From Octopus sinensis (Eukaryota): a DNA stretch of 64,000 nt. Made by a program: the position numbers and the translations under genes. The stretch's first letter is position 1. The number at the start of each line of letters is the position of its first letter. Shown here piece by piece: positions 14,308 to 30,329 of this stretch. Below the pieces are notes generated by a model. The model was not told the DNA's origin and did no database searches. It saw only the letters and a program-made list of their open reading frames with translations. The stretch covers positions 1 through 64,000 of the forward strand of contig NW_021835083.1 of assembly GCF_006345805.1 (NCBI RefSeq). Reading direction: 5' to 3'.

Positions 14308-14522
14308 AGGTGACGAGCTGGCAGAATCGTTAGCGTGCCGGAAGTAAACTTAGCAGCATTTCGTCCGTCTTTATGTTCCGAGTTCAAATTTCGCCGATCT
14401 CAACTTTGCATGTGCTCTATTCAGAGGTTTTATCAAATAAGTACCAGTCAAGCAGAGGGTAAAATGTAATTAATAGTCCTCTTCTCCATAATTTCAGACC
14501 TTGTTCCTATAATAGAAAGGAA
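14308..14522 (+). mobile_element. SINE family A, diverged
   Basis: gacgagctggcagaatcgttagc head, gagttcaaatt, caaataagtaccagt, and tail ending atagaaagg. Confidence 0.85.
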
Positions 14523-14560
14523 TTTAGATGAAATACTTTCAATGCTGATTATTCTAGCCG

Positions 14561-14621
14561 AACAATCATTCTGTGCTGATGAAGGTAAATAACCCGGAAA
14601 TTGCGATACACAGATATTGTT
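14561..14621 (+). ncRNA. Type I minimal hammerhead-ribozyme motif (Penelope-type), possibly defective
   Basis: Stem I tctgtg/cacaga extended by aacaat/attgtt. Core CTGATGA at 14576-14582, stem II ggt-aaata-acc, GAAA at 14597-14600, near-palindromic stem III ATTGCGAT, AUA cleavage triplet. One extra G at 14596. Confidence 0.6.
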
Positions 14622-15179
14622 TTGAGCTGAGTGGGGAAAAGGGGGCTAGATTCCTTTGTTCAAAAAAATGTAAGGGCACAGATCGTGTCGTATAACCAGC
14701 TGGAGACGATGTCTCCTGGAGCTAAATTACAGCAACATTCGTCCTAATCCAGGACTGCCACGTTAAGTGATATAATTTGATGAAATTTGGAAGTTACCAA
14801 ACAGTGTGAATATCTAGGAGTGACTATTTATCATGGCATTGATTAGACAGGTGGAATGGTTTTAATGTCTGTATGTTTTTATATGTATTACAGGATAATC
14901 ACAGTCAGATTTAAGAAAATATTTGTTAGAAATCATTAGCTGAATGTTTAGTTAATATAGCAGTAATGTCGATACAGTTAGACAATATAGGGCCCTCTCA
15001 AGATAGTTTTATTAAACTCTAGGCTTCTTCGGCAGGCTGATGAATGAGTTAAACGTTTATTTAGATACAGTGGAGAGGTGGAAGCGATTTCTATACTATT
15101 GTTAGTTAATATCTCACAAAATATTCAAAAGACACTATTTAAACTCCTTAACAAAAGAATATATTGAGTCAGATATGGA

Positions 15180-15420
15180 TAATGCAATAAGTAACTTTAC
15201 CACGTTTGATAATCAGCTACAAACATTCATTTTGGCCAAATCCCATTCTTATATCGTCTGAAAATGTAACCAGTCTAAGGCCTATCTTTGCGTGTATCAT
15301 ATACTTGGTATATGTATTCAGACCCTTTTGTTTGTGACTACCGATAAGATAATCACATTCTGTTAATATTTCCTTAACACACAGGATCATGGGTTCGCCG
15401 GAAGTATAAAATATACGAGA
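15180..15420 (-). mobile_element. Degraded R4-like reverse transcriptase fragment
   Basis: ORF ends LVTFSDDIRMGFGQNEC, followed in another frame by IKRGKV. This matches the FSDDIxMxFGxxKC...KRGK segment of R4/Dong RTs. Confidence 0.6.
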
Positions 15421-15489
15421 ATGTTGCCGTGTTTGCTTCAAATTTGACTGAACTGACTACGGCAGGACACTCATTCCACGATGGTATAA

Positions 15490-15800
<311 letters not shown>

Positions 15801-16530
15801 GAATGTGAGAGAGAGAATCAGACAGAGGAAGAGGCAGGAAGAGGGAGACAGAATGGGTGAGTGAGATTTAAAAAGAGGTTTGAGTCGTTTATCAACTTCT
15901 TATCTCTGATCAAAGTTTTATATTCTTTTCTGATGCAATTGTCGAGAATTCACAAAAGGCTACACTATACATTGTTCCTCAAATGTTTGATGTCAACGCG
16001 TCTGCGAGTCTGCGTGTCTACAAGACTGAGTACCTTCAACTGAGTGTTTAAGTGTGCAAGTGCCCAAGTGACCAAATGCTTGTAGGTGTCGCCCTCAGCG
16101 TGTCTCAGCATGTGTATTAGGGATGGGCGTTCTCCGTATCTGAGTAACTATGAGACTCCATATCTGAAATTCTGCATATCTCCTTGTCTCAGTATCTGAG
16201 GTTCGTGTATTTGTGTCTGCAACATTTGTCGAACTGCTTGTATCTCTGAGCTTCTGCATGCCTCAGTTATCGGCATGTTTGCATGTCCAAATATCCATCT
16301 GCGTCTCTGCATGTCCGGTACTCTGGCTGCGTCTCACCTTGTTCGGGACTCTGTCTACGCATTAATGTATCTACATAACTCGCTCAATGTGCGTTTGTAT
16401 GTCTAAATGTCTACAAAATCTCTACGTCTCTTCTACGTCTCTCAGTGCCTCTGTACCTCAGTGCCACAATATCAGCTTGTCTGCATGCCAGAGTGTCTGT
16501 ACTGATGATTCCAGAGCAAAATATCATTAT

Positions 16531-17000
16531 TCTTTTACTCTTTTACTTGTTTCAGTAATTTGACTGCGGCCATGCCGGAGCACCGCCTTTAGTCGAGCAA
16601 ATCAGCCCCAGGACTTATTCTTTGTAAACCTAGTACTTATTCTATCAGTCTCTTTTGCCGAACAGCTAAGTTACGGGGACGTAAACACAGCAGCATCGGT
16701 TGTCAAGCGTTGTTGGGGGACGAACAGAGACGCACAAACATATACACACACATATATACACACATATATACATACATACACACACACACACCACATATAT
16801 ACACATATATATATATATATATACATACATATATACGACGGGCTTCTTTCAGTTTCCGCCTACCAAATCCACTCACAAGGATTTGGTCGGCCCGAGGCTA
16901 TAGTAGAAGATACTTGCCCAAGGTGCCACGCAGTGGGACTGAACCCAGAACCATGTGGTTGGTAAGCGAGCTACTTAGCACACAACCACTCCTGCGCCTA
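16531..17000 (-). mobile_element. tRNA-derived SINE family B (CORE-like), full length with internal (TA/TG)n tract
   Basis: Minus strand: aggcgcaggagtggttgtgtg head, gggttcagtccc B-box-like motif, ccttgggcaagt CORE-like motif, (aaaagagt)n tail. Confidence 0.93.
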
Positions 17001-17099
17001 TATAATAAAACACATATTACATAAAAAAACATACTAACTCTTCACACAAGATTAATTTATCTATTTATTTATCTCACACTGGAGGTAGCATCACTGATA

Positions 17100-17265
17100 T
17101 ACTCGGTGTGTGTGTCTATGCACGTTGTGTGTGTGTGTATATTGCGTGTGTGTATACATGAGTGTGTAAGTGTATGTAAGTGTGTTTGTGTGGATATGTG
17201 CGTTCACTAAACTAATTAACATTTTCATAATTTATTTCCAATTTGTGAAACTATCTGTCAAAATC

Positions 17266-17322
<57 letters not shown>

Positions 17323-17328
17323 ATAATA

Positions 17329-17375
<47 letters not shown>

Positions 17376-18018
17376 TATTTTTTTGCATGAATGCAGTCAT
17401 GTCTTTATAAGTGTGTATAATATATAATATCATAGATATATCTAGATTATACACACACACATATATATATACACACATATATCACTATATATATAATATA
17501 TATATATATATATAATGATATATGTGTGTATATATATATATATATGTGTATATATAATATATATATATATAAACATATATGTATATTTACATACATACAC
17601 ATAACTACATATATACATACATACATACATACATACATACATACATACATACATACATACATGCATGCATACACACATACATACATACATATTTTCATTT
17701 TTGTGTGTCTACGTCTACAGAAAAGGTGTCGAACACGTACGCCTGTGTATATATCTCTATGAGTGTGTTTCTCTCTCTGCATATATGCAAATACATGTAT
17801 GCCTATATACGTGTGTTATGTCTGATGTATGTTGAGTGTATGTGTCTACAGTTTTTTTTTATGTCTATTTTCTTTACTTTTGTTTTATTCCTTTTTTTTT
17901 TAACGTTTTTTGTTGTAAAATTCTTCTGAAATGTTTTCTAAAGTTTTACAGTTTTTCAGTTATGGTTTGTAAATTAATTCATCATCATGACACCACAAAC
18001 CGAACAGCAGCATCACCT

Positions 18019-18053
<35 letters not shown>

Positions 18054-18187
18054 GTCGTCGTCGTCGTCGTCGTCGTCGACGTCAACATCATCATCATCAT
18101 CGTCGCCATCATTATCCTTATCATGAGTATATTAATAATAATGAGAATAATGATAATAATATTCACAATAAGAGAAACACTACCACC

Positions 18188-18230
<43 letters not shown>

Positions 18231-18664
18231 ATAATAATAATAATAATGATAATAATAATAATAATAATAATGAAAATATGATGGTGATGATGATGAGGAT
18301 GATGATGATGATTATAATAATCTATGCCATCGTCATCCTCAGTGTCATCATCATCATCATGAACATGTTCACCAGTGTTGTAGCAATCATTCTCATCATA
18401 TCCTTCGTTCTCCTTTTCCTCCACCGCCTCCTCCTCCTCCTCCTCATCATCATCATCAACTTCATCACCCTTATCGTCATCATCAACATCCTCATCATCC
18501 TTATCACTGTCATCATTGCAACTGCCATCGTGTTCGACATTTTTATCATTACAACTATCGTATAATTAACAATAACATTTGATCATCATCTGCATTATTA
18601 TTAATAATTTCATCATCATCGTCATCATCATCCTCGTCATCATCATCATTATTATTATTATTAC

Positions 18665-18709
<45 letters not shown>

Positions 18710-18795
18710 CCTGATTATATTATTTATGTTATAAAAAAACTCGCCATTAATCATTATTGCTACTATCTTTTACATCATCATCATCATCATCATTC

Positions 18796-18860
<65 letters not shown>

Positions 18861-18889
18861 GTAATAATAATAATAATAATAATAAAAGC

Positions 18890-18951
<62 letters not shown>

Positions 18952-19346
18952 TCTCCATAATGATAATATCTTCAAAATCACTTATTTCATCATTTTTCTG
19001 TCACCATCTTTATCTCTGCATGCCTCTCTCTTTCAGTCTGCCCGTTTATATCACTCTCTCACTCTCATACACACACACTCTCTCTTTCGATCTATATGTA
19101 AAAATGTATACATATATATGTTTCTCGCCCCTCTGTCTCTCTGTCTCTCTCTCTCTCACACATACACACACATCCATACAGAAATATTCGTATACACACC
19201 TCCAAATAGTACGCGCTCCCACTCACCTTCCACTTGTTCTCCTATCACTTGCAACCCAATTAGTGAGAAGGTGTGTTACTTTTGTCAGTGATATCCCGAG
19301 GGAGTGTCTCCAGTCGCAGGTGTTTCTGTACTTATATATATATATG

Positions 19347-19435
<89 letters not shown>

Positions 19436-19538
19436 ATATATATACATATATATAATATGCACACACATACATACACCACAACACACGTATATTATATATA
19501 CATACATAATATATATGTATATATGTGTATTATGTGTT

Positions 19539-19589
<51 letters not shown>

Positions 19590-19853
19590 TGGATGTATAT
19601 GCAAGAATCTGTGCATATATATGTGTAATAGCAATATGAATCCAGTGCTGTAAATGAGACCATGTATATATCTATTTGTATTCTGTATATATATATATGT
19701 ATATGTGTGTACGTATTATACACGTACGTATGTATGTTCATATAGATATATATGTAAACACGTGTATGAGTATCTATGAATGAGAATATATACATGAAAG
19801 AATTTACTAGCGCCACCGGCATATATATGCATGTTGTTTTTTTTGTATGTATG

Positions 19854-19919
<66 letters not shown>

Positions 19920-20555
19920 TCCGCCACACATATTTGAGCTGTTTGAAATGTCTATGGTGCATTTATTTATCAGTTGTTGATATACAATGTATCAAATGTC
20001 GTCTATTCGCCTGTAACATTGAAAATTAGTCAAACGATCGCATCTGTCAATTCGTCGGTTTAGTACTTCTACGCCGAAGTTTACCTCTGGGCGAATGACA
20101 ATACTTAAGTAGACTTCAGTTCGGCCACTCAACATCATTATCACCAACATCATCAGTACTACACCTACTACTGCTGCGACTACTACTTTTACTACTATTA
20201 CTGCTGTTGATGCTGCTACTACTACTACCAACCACCACCACCACCACCATTGCTAACTACTACTCCTGTAACTAATAATACTACTACTATTTCTACTACT
20301 ACTTCCACTACACTGCTGCTGCCGCTGTTTCTCGTGTTGCTCATGTTCAAGATGATGATAATGATATAATAATATAATAATAATAATAAAATAATAATAA
20401 TGATGATGATGATGATGTATAATAGAAGAAGAAGAAGAATAATAAGAAGAAGAAGAAGAAGAAGAAGAAGAATAAGAAGAAGAAGAGAAGAAGAAGAAGA
20501 AGAAGAAGAAGATAAGAAAAAGAGAAGAAGAAGAAGAAGAATAAGAAGAAGAAGA
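17100..20555. repeat. Large compound microsatellite region (TA, CATA, CAT, TAC, AAT, ATT, AAG)
   Basis: Direct reading. Contains only short unique islands (e.g. 19200-19330, 19920-20140). Confidence 0.85.
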
Positions 20556-21415
20556 GAAGATAGACCAGAGAACACATAAATCTATGACAAGGAACAGAGA
20601 ACTACACCCCAAGAGGGATGTGTCAAGATTGTATGTAAAAAGGAAAGAAGGGGGTCAGGAATTGGTGTGTTGTGAAGGTTGTGTAAGGGAAGAGAACAGT
20701 CTGACTGAAGCAGTGAAAATACAGAGAACCTTAAAAGTGAACGAAGCCGTAGATCCAACGCAATTTAAGAAAAACCAGAGAGAACAGATGTAGAAAATGT
20801 GGCGGGACAAGAAAATACATAGTCAGTTCTTGAAGAATAACGTTGAGACTGATTGGAATAGAACTTGACGATGGCTGCAGAAAGGAGACTTGAAAGGTCC
20901 CACTGAGACATTAGTGTGCAGCGCTCAAGAACAAGCTCCCAGAACAAAATACTCCAAATATCACATTGATAAAAGCACTGACTCGCTACAGTGTAGGATG
21001 TGCTCTGACAAGGGAGAAAGCCATATTGTTAGTGAGTGCTGTAAGTTCGCACAACACGAATATAAAAGGAGACACGACAATGTGGCCCGATATGTCCACT
21101 GGCTGTTGTGCAGTAAAACAAACTTCAGGAGAACCGAACAATGGTTTGAACACAAGCCAGAGGGAATAATGGAAAACGAACATTACAAAATACCCCGAGA
21201 TTTTAACAGACAGTGCGACAAAGTCATAGAGGCGAGACAGCTAAATATCGTGATCATCCATAAAGATGAAAAAGAATTAAAGATAATAGATGTTGCAATA
21301 TCAAGCGATTGGAGGGTGAAATGTAAGGAGGCAGAAAAGATTGAGAAATACCAGCCACTGCGGGGTGAGCTATGGGGCATGAGGAAAGTAATGGTGATAC
21401 TGGTGGTAATTGGAT
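20556..21415 (+). mobile_element. R4/Dong-like non-LTR retrotransposon fragment (post-RT region, CCHC knuckle, RLE), truncated at both ends
   Basis: RELHPKRDVSRLYVKRKEGG; W.WLQKGDLK..TE.L..SAQEQA; CRMC..KGESHIVSEC; EYKRRHDNVARYVHW; IIDVAI..D..V..KE.EKIEKY. The catalytic PD has decayed to LN. Confidence 0.93.
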
Positions 21416-21429
21416 CTTTTGAAAACATG

Positions 21430-23390
<1,961 letters not shown>

Positions 23391-23649
23391 CGTAAGTCAG
23401 CCACTAGTATTGACTGGTTCCTTCAGATTACCTCTCACTGATATCTCCAGGACAACAACGAGCCAAAAATGCACCTAGGGGTCTAATAGAGGGCGTCACT
23501 GAGCTGATAATGAAGTATTTACACATTTTACAGCAACCGACAACTTTATCCCCACGATAGAATACAATGGATTTACCATTAGAGATATCACAAAATTATT
23601 TGAATTAAATTGTAGTTTGTGTATTGCCGTTCACTGCTTTGCGTTGCAA

Positions 23650-23743
23650 CATAGACAGACAGACAGAGAAACAGACAGGCACATATACAGACAGACAAGC
23701 AGGCAGACAGACAGACAGACAGACAGACAGCTAGCTAGCTAGC

Positions 23744-23812
<69 letters not shown>

Positions 23813-24180
23813 TGTTGGGCAGGCCACAAAAGTTATAACAGAAGCAACTCGCCCCCCCCCCAAATAAAACAAACAAAAACAGCAACAAATTCAGTAATAA
23901 GAACAACAACAATTACAAATATATAAACAACAACAAAAATAACAACAACAGCAACTACCACAACTGCAAATATAGCAACAGCAACAACAGTAACAATCTC
24001 AACAGGAATTGTAGCAGCAGCAGCAGCAGCAGCAGCAACGGTAACAAGAACATCAGTAACTAAGGAATATCAACAACGAGTAAAACAATAACAATTCTAG
24101 GAACAACTACAACAACACAACAACTACAGCAGCAACAACTACATCGAATATAACAACAACAACAGCAGCAGCAACAACAT
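23650..24180. repeat. (GACA)n/(GATA)n followed by degenerate (CAA/CAG)n
   Basis: Direct reading. Confidence 0.9.
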
Positions 24181-24329
24181 TCGACAAAGGACAGATTCCG
24201 TATTATGATTCATTGAAAGAATATAAAATTTTTCTCCTAATAATTAGATATGTTTGTGATTCTCTGTTTCACTTACGCTGATGTTTTTATTTTTAACATA
24301 GCTTTTTTTTTTTAATGTTCATCTGGTTT

Positions 24330-24373
24330 TTGTGTTTGTTATATATATATATACATATATACATACATACATT

Positions 24374-24404
<31 letters not shown>

Positions 24405-24473
24405 TGCTTTCCGTTATATACGTTTGTACAGTTTGAAAAATATCAACTTTTATGTTTATATTTTAACATTATA

Positions 24474-24530
<57 letters not shown>

Positions 24531-24649
24531 TGCTTCGGATTTGGGGGCGTTTTTTTAAAGAGGGGGGTTGGGAGGGGGAGAATTTTCATTTCACTTTTCG
24601 AAGGCGATCCCTACCCACAAATAATGCAAACGGAAAGAAATGCATACAC

Positions 24650-24696
<47 letters not shown>

Positions 24697-24805
24697 CATA
24701 TGCGTGTTTGTGTGTGTGTGTGAGTCTGTGTTTTCTATCTGTGTATGTGTATATGTATATCTACGTAAACATATATGCATGTATATGTATATATGTATAT
24801 GTATA

Positions 24806-24841
<36 letters not shown>

Positions 24842-25235
24842 AATAACAACATATATATATACCACAAACACATACATGTGTGTACGCGTGCACGTTTGCG
24901 CATGTGTGTGTGAGTATGATATTTGCGCGTGAATCTGTGTGCACGCGTGATAGTAATTTGTCAAATATTACATCAACAAATGAGAGGATTTCACATCAAA
25001 AAAGGTAAAGACGAGCTTGTGTTTTGCTATATTTTAAGCTGGCGCATTCAAATAAATTACCGAGCAATAACGTTATAAACATCGCGGTCTAGAACACCAC
25101 CGCCATTATCGTCGTCATCATTGTCATCACCATAGTGACCGTCAACATCACATCATAGAAAACATCATCGTCAGAATGGCTAGTGTCTTCACCATCAGCA
25201 TCAATATCAAAAATTACGTCATCATCACCATCCTT

Positions 25236-25284
<49 letters not shown>

Positions 25285-25528
25285 CTGTCTTTGGCGTCGT
25301 CTCATCATCATCATCATCATCATCGTTGCCGTCTTCGTCATCGTTCTCATCCCCAACCGTCCTTTTATCACATCATCCATTTTGTCGTTGCATTATTTTT
25401 TTACAGCAGTTAGCCGCCATAATGAAATTTTCATTTCAGATTTACAAAGGTGTATAAAAATACAAACATATATTTATGTATACACCTGTGCACACGCACC
25501 GCCATACACACATGCATAGACAGATACG

Positions 25529-25586
<58 letters not shown>

Positions 25587-25987
25587 TCTCTCTCTCTCTC
25601 ACATATATGTATATGAATATATATATACATATGCACATCTCTCTCACTCTCTCTTTATATGATATATAGAGATATATATACGCTTGTGTGTGTGCCTGTG
25701 TGCGTTTATGTATGTAACCAAATATTTGGTAATAATATTACAAAATTTTATATCATTCAGAATTGTAGACATAATTGCAAAATATATTAAATACACACTG
25801 ACTTGTCTGTATACACACTCACCAACACACGGCTCGTATGTACGTTTTCAATGCGCACCGAAACACGGACACATGCAAATGTTTCTATACATATATATAT
25901 ATACCTTCGTTTGTACAGGTATACAGGTGTATTTATATACACTCACATAAAAATAGATAGATAGATATATAGATAGGTAGATAGATC

Positions 25988-26034
<47 letters not shown>

Positions 26035-26256
26035 TGATAGATAGATAGACAGTTAGGTAGGTAGATAGATACATAGGTTGGTAGGTAGGTAGGTAGGTAG
26101 GTAGGTAGATAGATAAGTAGATAGATAGATAGTAAGATAGATAGACAATTAGGTAGGTAGGTAGATAGATACATAGGTAGGTAGGTAGGTAGGTAGGTAG
26201 ATAGGTAGGTAGGTAGGTCGGTAGATACATAGGTAGGTAGATAGTTAGATAGATAT

Positions 26257-26333
<77 letters not shown>

Positions 26334-28300
26334 GTCATGCAAATACATACATACATGCTTATATATGAATCCTTATATAATCAGACGTAGAAATATTGAT
26401 GTGGTGTGTTGTGTGTCTGTATGTGTGTGTGTGTGTGTACGTCCCCACGCATGAGCATGATTATTTACACGGGCGTGTGTAAACTAAGTACCTGCGCGTG
26501 TGTTTCTATGCGTGTTTATTGTCGAGGACCACATCTATATTATATTTGAAAATTTGTTTTTTCTGTCTTTGAGTATTTATCGTTTGTGTCTTCCCCAAGG
26601 TTTGTAACATGACGTGTGTCTGTGATGAAGTACAATATGATGTGATTGTTGCTGTTGTTTTGTAGGCAGGGTAGATAGTAGAGTTATGGGAGGTGTTGGA
26701 AGCCAGTGAAATTTTATGTGACCGTATAGATGGTGACTGCAGCGATTGCGATGGCGGAGATAGTAACGGTTGCAGGGGATGGACGTGGGTGTATTTTATG
26801 GCTAAGGTAATACCCATATCTGTCGAAACAAATAAAACAAATATAAACAAATATATACATGTATATAGAAATATATAAACACACACACACACACACACAC
26901 ACAAATAAAAATGAGTTGCACAGGAAGTTGAGTTAGGATTGGTTTGCAGATATAAAATATATGAATCATTTGGATTTACATGTATGCATATATTATATAT
27001 ATATATATATATATGCATACATATATATATATGTTGTATATGTATATGTATATATATATATGCATATATATATGTATATATATATATACATATATATATT
27101 ATGTATATATATGTATATATATGTATGTATTGCATATATATTACATATATGCATGTTATGTATATATGATATATATATATATTTAATATATAATATATAT
27201 GTTATATATATATGTATGTATATATATATATATATATACATACATATACATAAATATATGTATATATATCTGTATGTATATATATACAGCAAACATACGC
27301 ACACATACACACACGTATATATATATATACACACATACACATGTATATATTGTTTTGTCAAATTCGTTGTTAGATGGAACAAAAAGCAACACCAAACAAC
27401 ATCAACAACAACAACAACATTCAACAACATTAACAACAAAACAACAACACCAACATAATCCCAAACAGACACCAATACATAAACACAAAAACAAATTATT
27501 TAGAATTACTGTAAATGATAAGTGTTTGATATCATTTGCGTGCGGTGAATATATTATTTGAATATCTGAAAACTCATTATTGCCTGATAAATTATTTTCT
27601 ATGTGTGTGTATGTGTATGTATGTGTGTGTCTCTTTGTTTATAATCATTATTGTAGCTGTGGTTGTCCTGTGTGTACGTGTATGTGTTTATGCGTGCTTT
27701 ATCCGTTTGTTCTGTGCATGTGTGTGTGTATGTGTGTGTTTGTGTGTGTGTATATGTGTGTTTCCTTGCCGCCTTCATCCAACTGTGCTCGTGTCTATTT
27801 ATTCATCGTGTTTTAGTATGCATTTATCTTGTGTTATTATCCATTTATTTCCTATTTCCTCCCCACCCACTGACCCACCAACCCACCCCCCACACGCATA
27901 CAGATACACACAACCTGCACACCGATATAACCACCACCACCCCCAACCCGCCTCCATCCGAGCATCTATCCCTCCCTCATTCACTCCCTCCATCCGTCCG
28001 TCCCTCCACCCGTCCATTCTGCATTCAACCATGCAGAGGTGTGTGTAGGGATTGACAGAATGACAGATAGCGAGAAGGTGGAACGGCAAAAGCGAGAGAT
28101 GCAAAGGGAGAAAGAGAAGAAAAATAAGCATATATATGTGTTATTTCATATATGTCATGTATGTTGGTGTGCGATACATATGTCTGACATGTGTGTGTAT
28201 ACGTCAATATCATATACATCATCATATATGTTATATATATATATATATATATATATAACACGTATATCTCTATAAAAGTATGATGTATATGTGTATGTAT
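24330..28300. repeat. Compound microsatellite region (TA, ATT, CA, CAT, GATA/GGTA)
   Basis: Direct reading, with short unique islands. Confidence 0.8.
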
Positions 28301-29357
28301 TTGTATGAGAGAAATAGAGAGATAAAGAGAAGGAGAAAGAGAATCAGGGATTATAGAGAAGGCTACCTTATCTACCTAAGGCAATAAAAGAGGGAACCGC
28401 GCCAATGACGTCGAAACCCAATCTATTTGTGACCACTTAAGTGAAAATCATTGACTCTGTATTCAGCAGAGTTACTTTCCTGAAATTATCAAAGTTCATG
28501 GTATTTTTCAGCAACGCCACCGATTCCTGGACCATATAAATTATAAATTCTCATTGCATGCCACCTCTTACGCTAGTCATTCACCAAGACAATCCTGGAA
28601 ATATAAATCTCGTAGAGCAGATCATCGGAACCAGGAAATTCACCTCTCATACACTGACATTGGCAGGTGAGTCCCCGGAGTCTCACCTGCCGTTATTTGC
28701 TTATCGCTAACAAACTACCTGTTCTGCTGAGAGTTATGTAAAACCGTGGAAGTAATCATTAAAATCTACTGCTTTCCACAAACAGAGAAATATATGGTCG
28801 CCCAAAAGCAAGTTCATGTCTATCTTGAATTTGATGACAATCACTCACTATTCATTACAGACCTAATACATCTACAAGTGCAGTGATACATTTTATCCGC
28901 ATGTGTCATAATCTCTGTAACTCAACGGCTAGGTTCTCGTACTTTGTTATTTTCTTATACTTCTAATATTGACTTTTCTCATCATTTGGGAAGGTAAAGT
29001 CAATTACCTACCACTAACACTTCTCTTTGTCTACTACTACTGAATCAGATCTTATCGCTTCTATGACACGTCCCGCGTCTACCATCAGGGGTCGACATGC
29101 CTCAACTCACACAGGGCACCATTTTGCTGCTATTATATCAGATGTGGAGATTAAACTGTATTTAATCTATTATTTCTTACAGTTTACTGTCTATCTTTCG
29201 GTACTTCTTATCCAGTCTAATCTGATTGTTTTCTTACAAACGACTCGCAAGAAGTTGTTCATGACTACTCCTTCACACCTTAACTATCGTTGTTGTATGT
29301 ATGATTAGGTTTTCTTAATTGTGCCATTGTATTAATATGGAGGAATCACTGTAACAG

Positions 29358-29655
29358 TTGTTGTTGTTGTTTGTTCCTTCTCGAGCTATGCCTGGCTCAT
29401 AAGGGCCGGTTTCCCAGTTTCCATGGTGTATAGGCTCCCCACCTGGACGCGACGCCGGTCCGTCGCAGGTGAGCTGCAAGATGCAGGAGGAAAGAGTGCG
29501 AAAAGTTTGTGGCGAAGGAGTCAGCAGAAGTTCGCCATTATCTTCTGCCAGAGCCGCGTGAGAGCTTAGGTGTTTCACTCATAGACACACACATCGCCGG
29601 TCTGAGATTCGAACCCGTGATCCGCTGCTCTAAACACTAGGCCACGTGTCTCCAC
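29358..29655 (-). mobile_element. tRNA-derived SINE (family C head, V-domain-like tail, (CAA)n end) with 12-bp TSD
   Basis: Minus strand: gtggagacacgtggcctagtg A-box and ggttcgaatc B-box. TSD tcactgtaacag at 29346-29357 and 29656-29667. Confidence 0.9.
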
Positions 29656-30329
29656 TCACTGTAACAGCGCGTTGCTGCATCCACCATTTGTTGATGATTC
29701 CCTATATTCCTTGTGGATGATGCCCTTGTACCGCTCAGGCGATAGCCCTCCGACCTTGTATGTCTGTTTGGGTAGTCGTTGCCGAGGAGGGTTTTATGAA
29801 GTCAGAGTGTAAATCTTACATCAACCACTTTTACTCTTTTTTTACGACACGGTGAGGAAACGGTTCTACTCTTCATCGTCCCGATCCCCTCACAACACAT
29901 TGAACAACTGTTGTTAGAAAAAAGGGTTCCTTTTAAGGCTTCTTTCGTTTGAAGGGGTGATAATCCCTCTTGGTTTTATAGCTGTGGAAGTTAGAAACCC
30001 CATTGACCTACTGAAGCTCCTGCCGAGACTGCTATTAAAACTGAGATTGGTAAAAGGGCCGTTTTCTGCAAATTTTCCTTCTCCTGTGCGTTAAAGAAAT
30101 TTGAGTCGTTGATGTTATTACATATGAGGAGCATGTCCCTACGTGATTCAACAATTATACCTTTGTGCCTTGATATTCAACAAAGTATATTTGGTCAGGC
30201 TTTTACGTGTAACCAAATCCTGGGCTTCTTTACTATTTCTCGACAAGACATCCACGAATAATATCTATATTTCTCTTTTCCTCTTTTTGTTGAAACTCAT
30301 CAGCAGGTAGCATTAACTCAGCGATGAAG

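Noticed and set aside
26666-26806. Apparent AG...GT exon of 141 nt
   Set aside because: Stop codons in all three frames.
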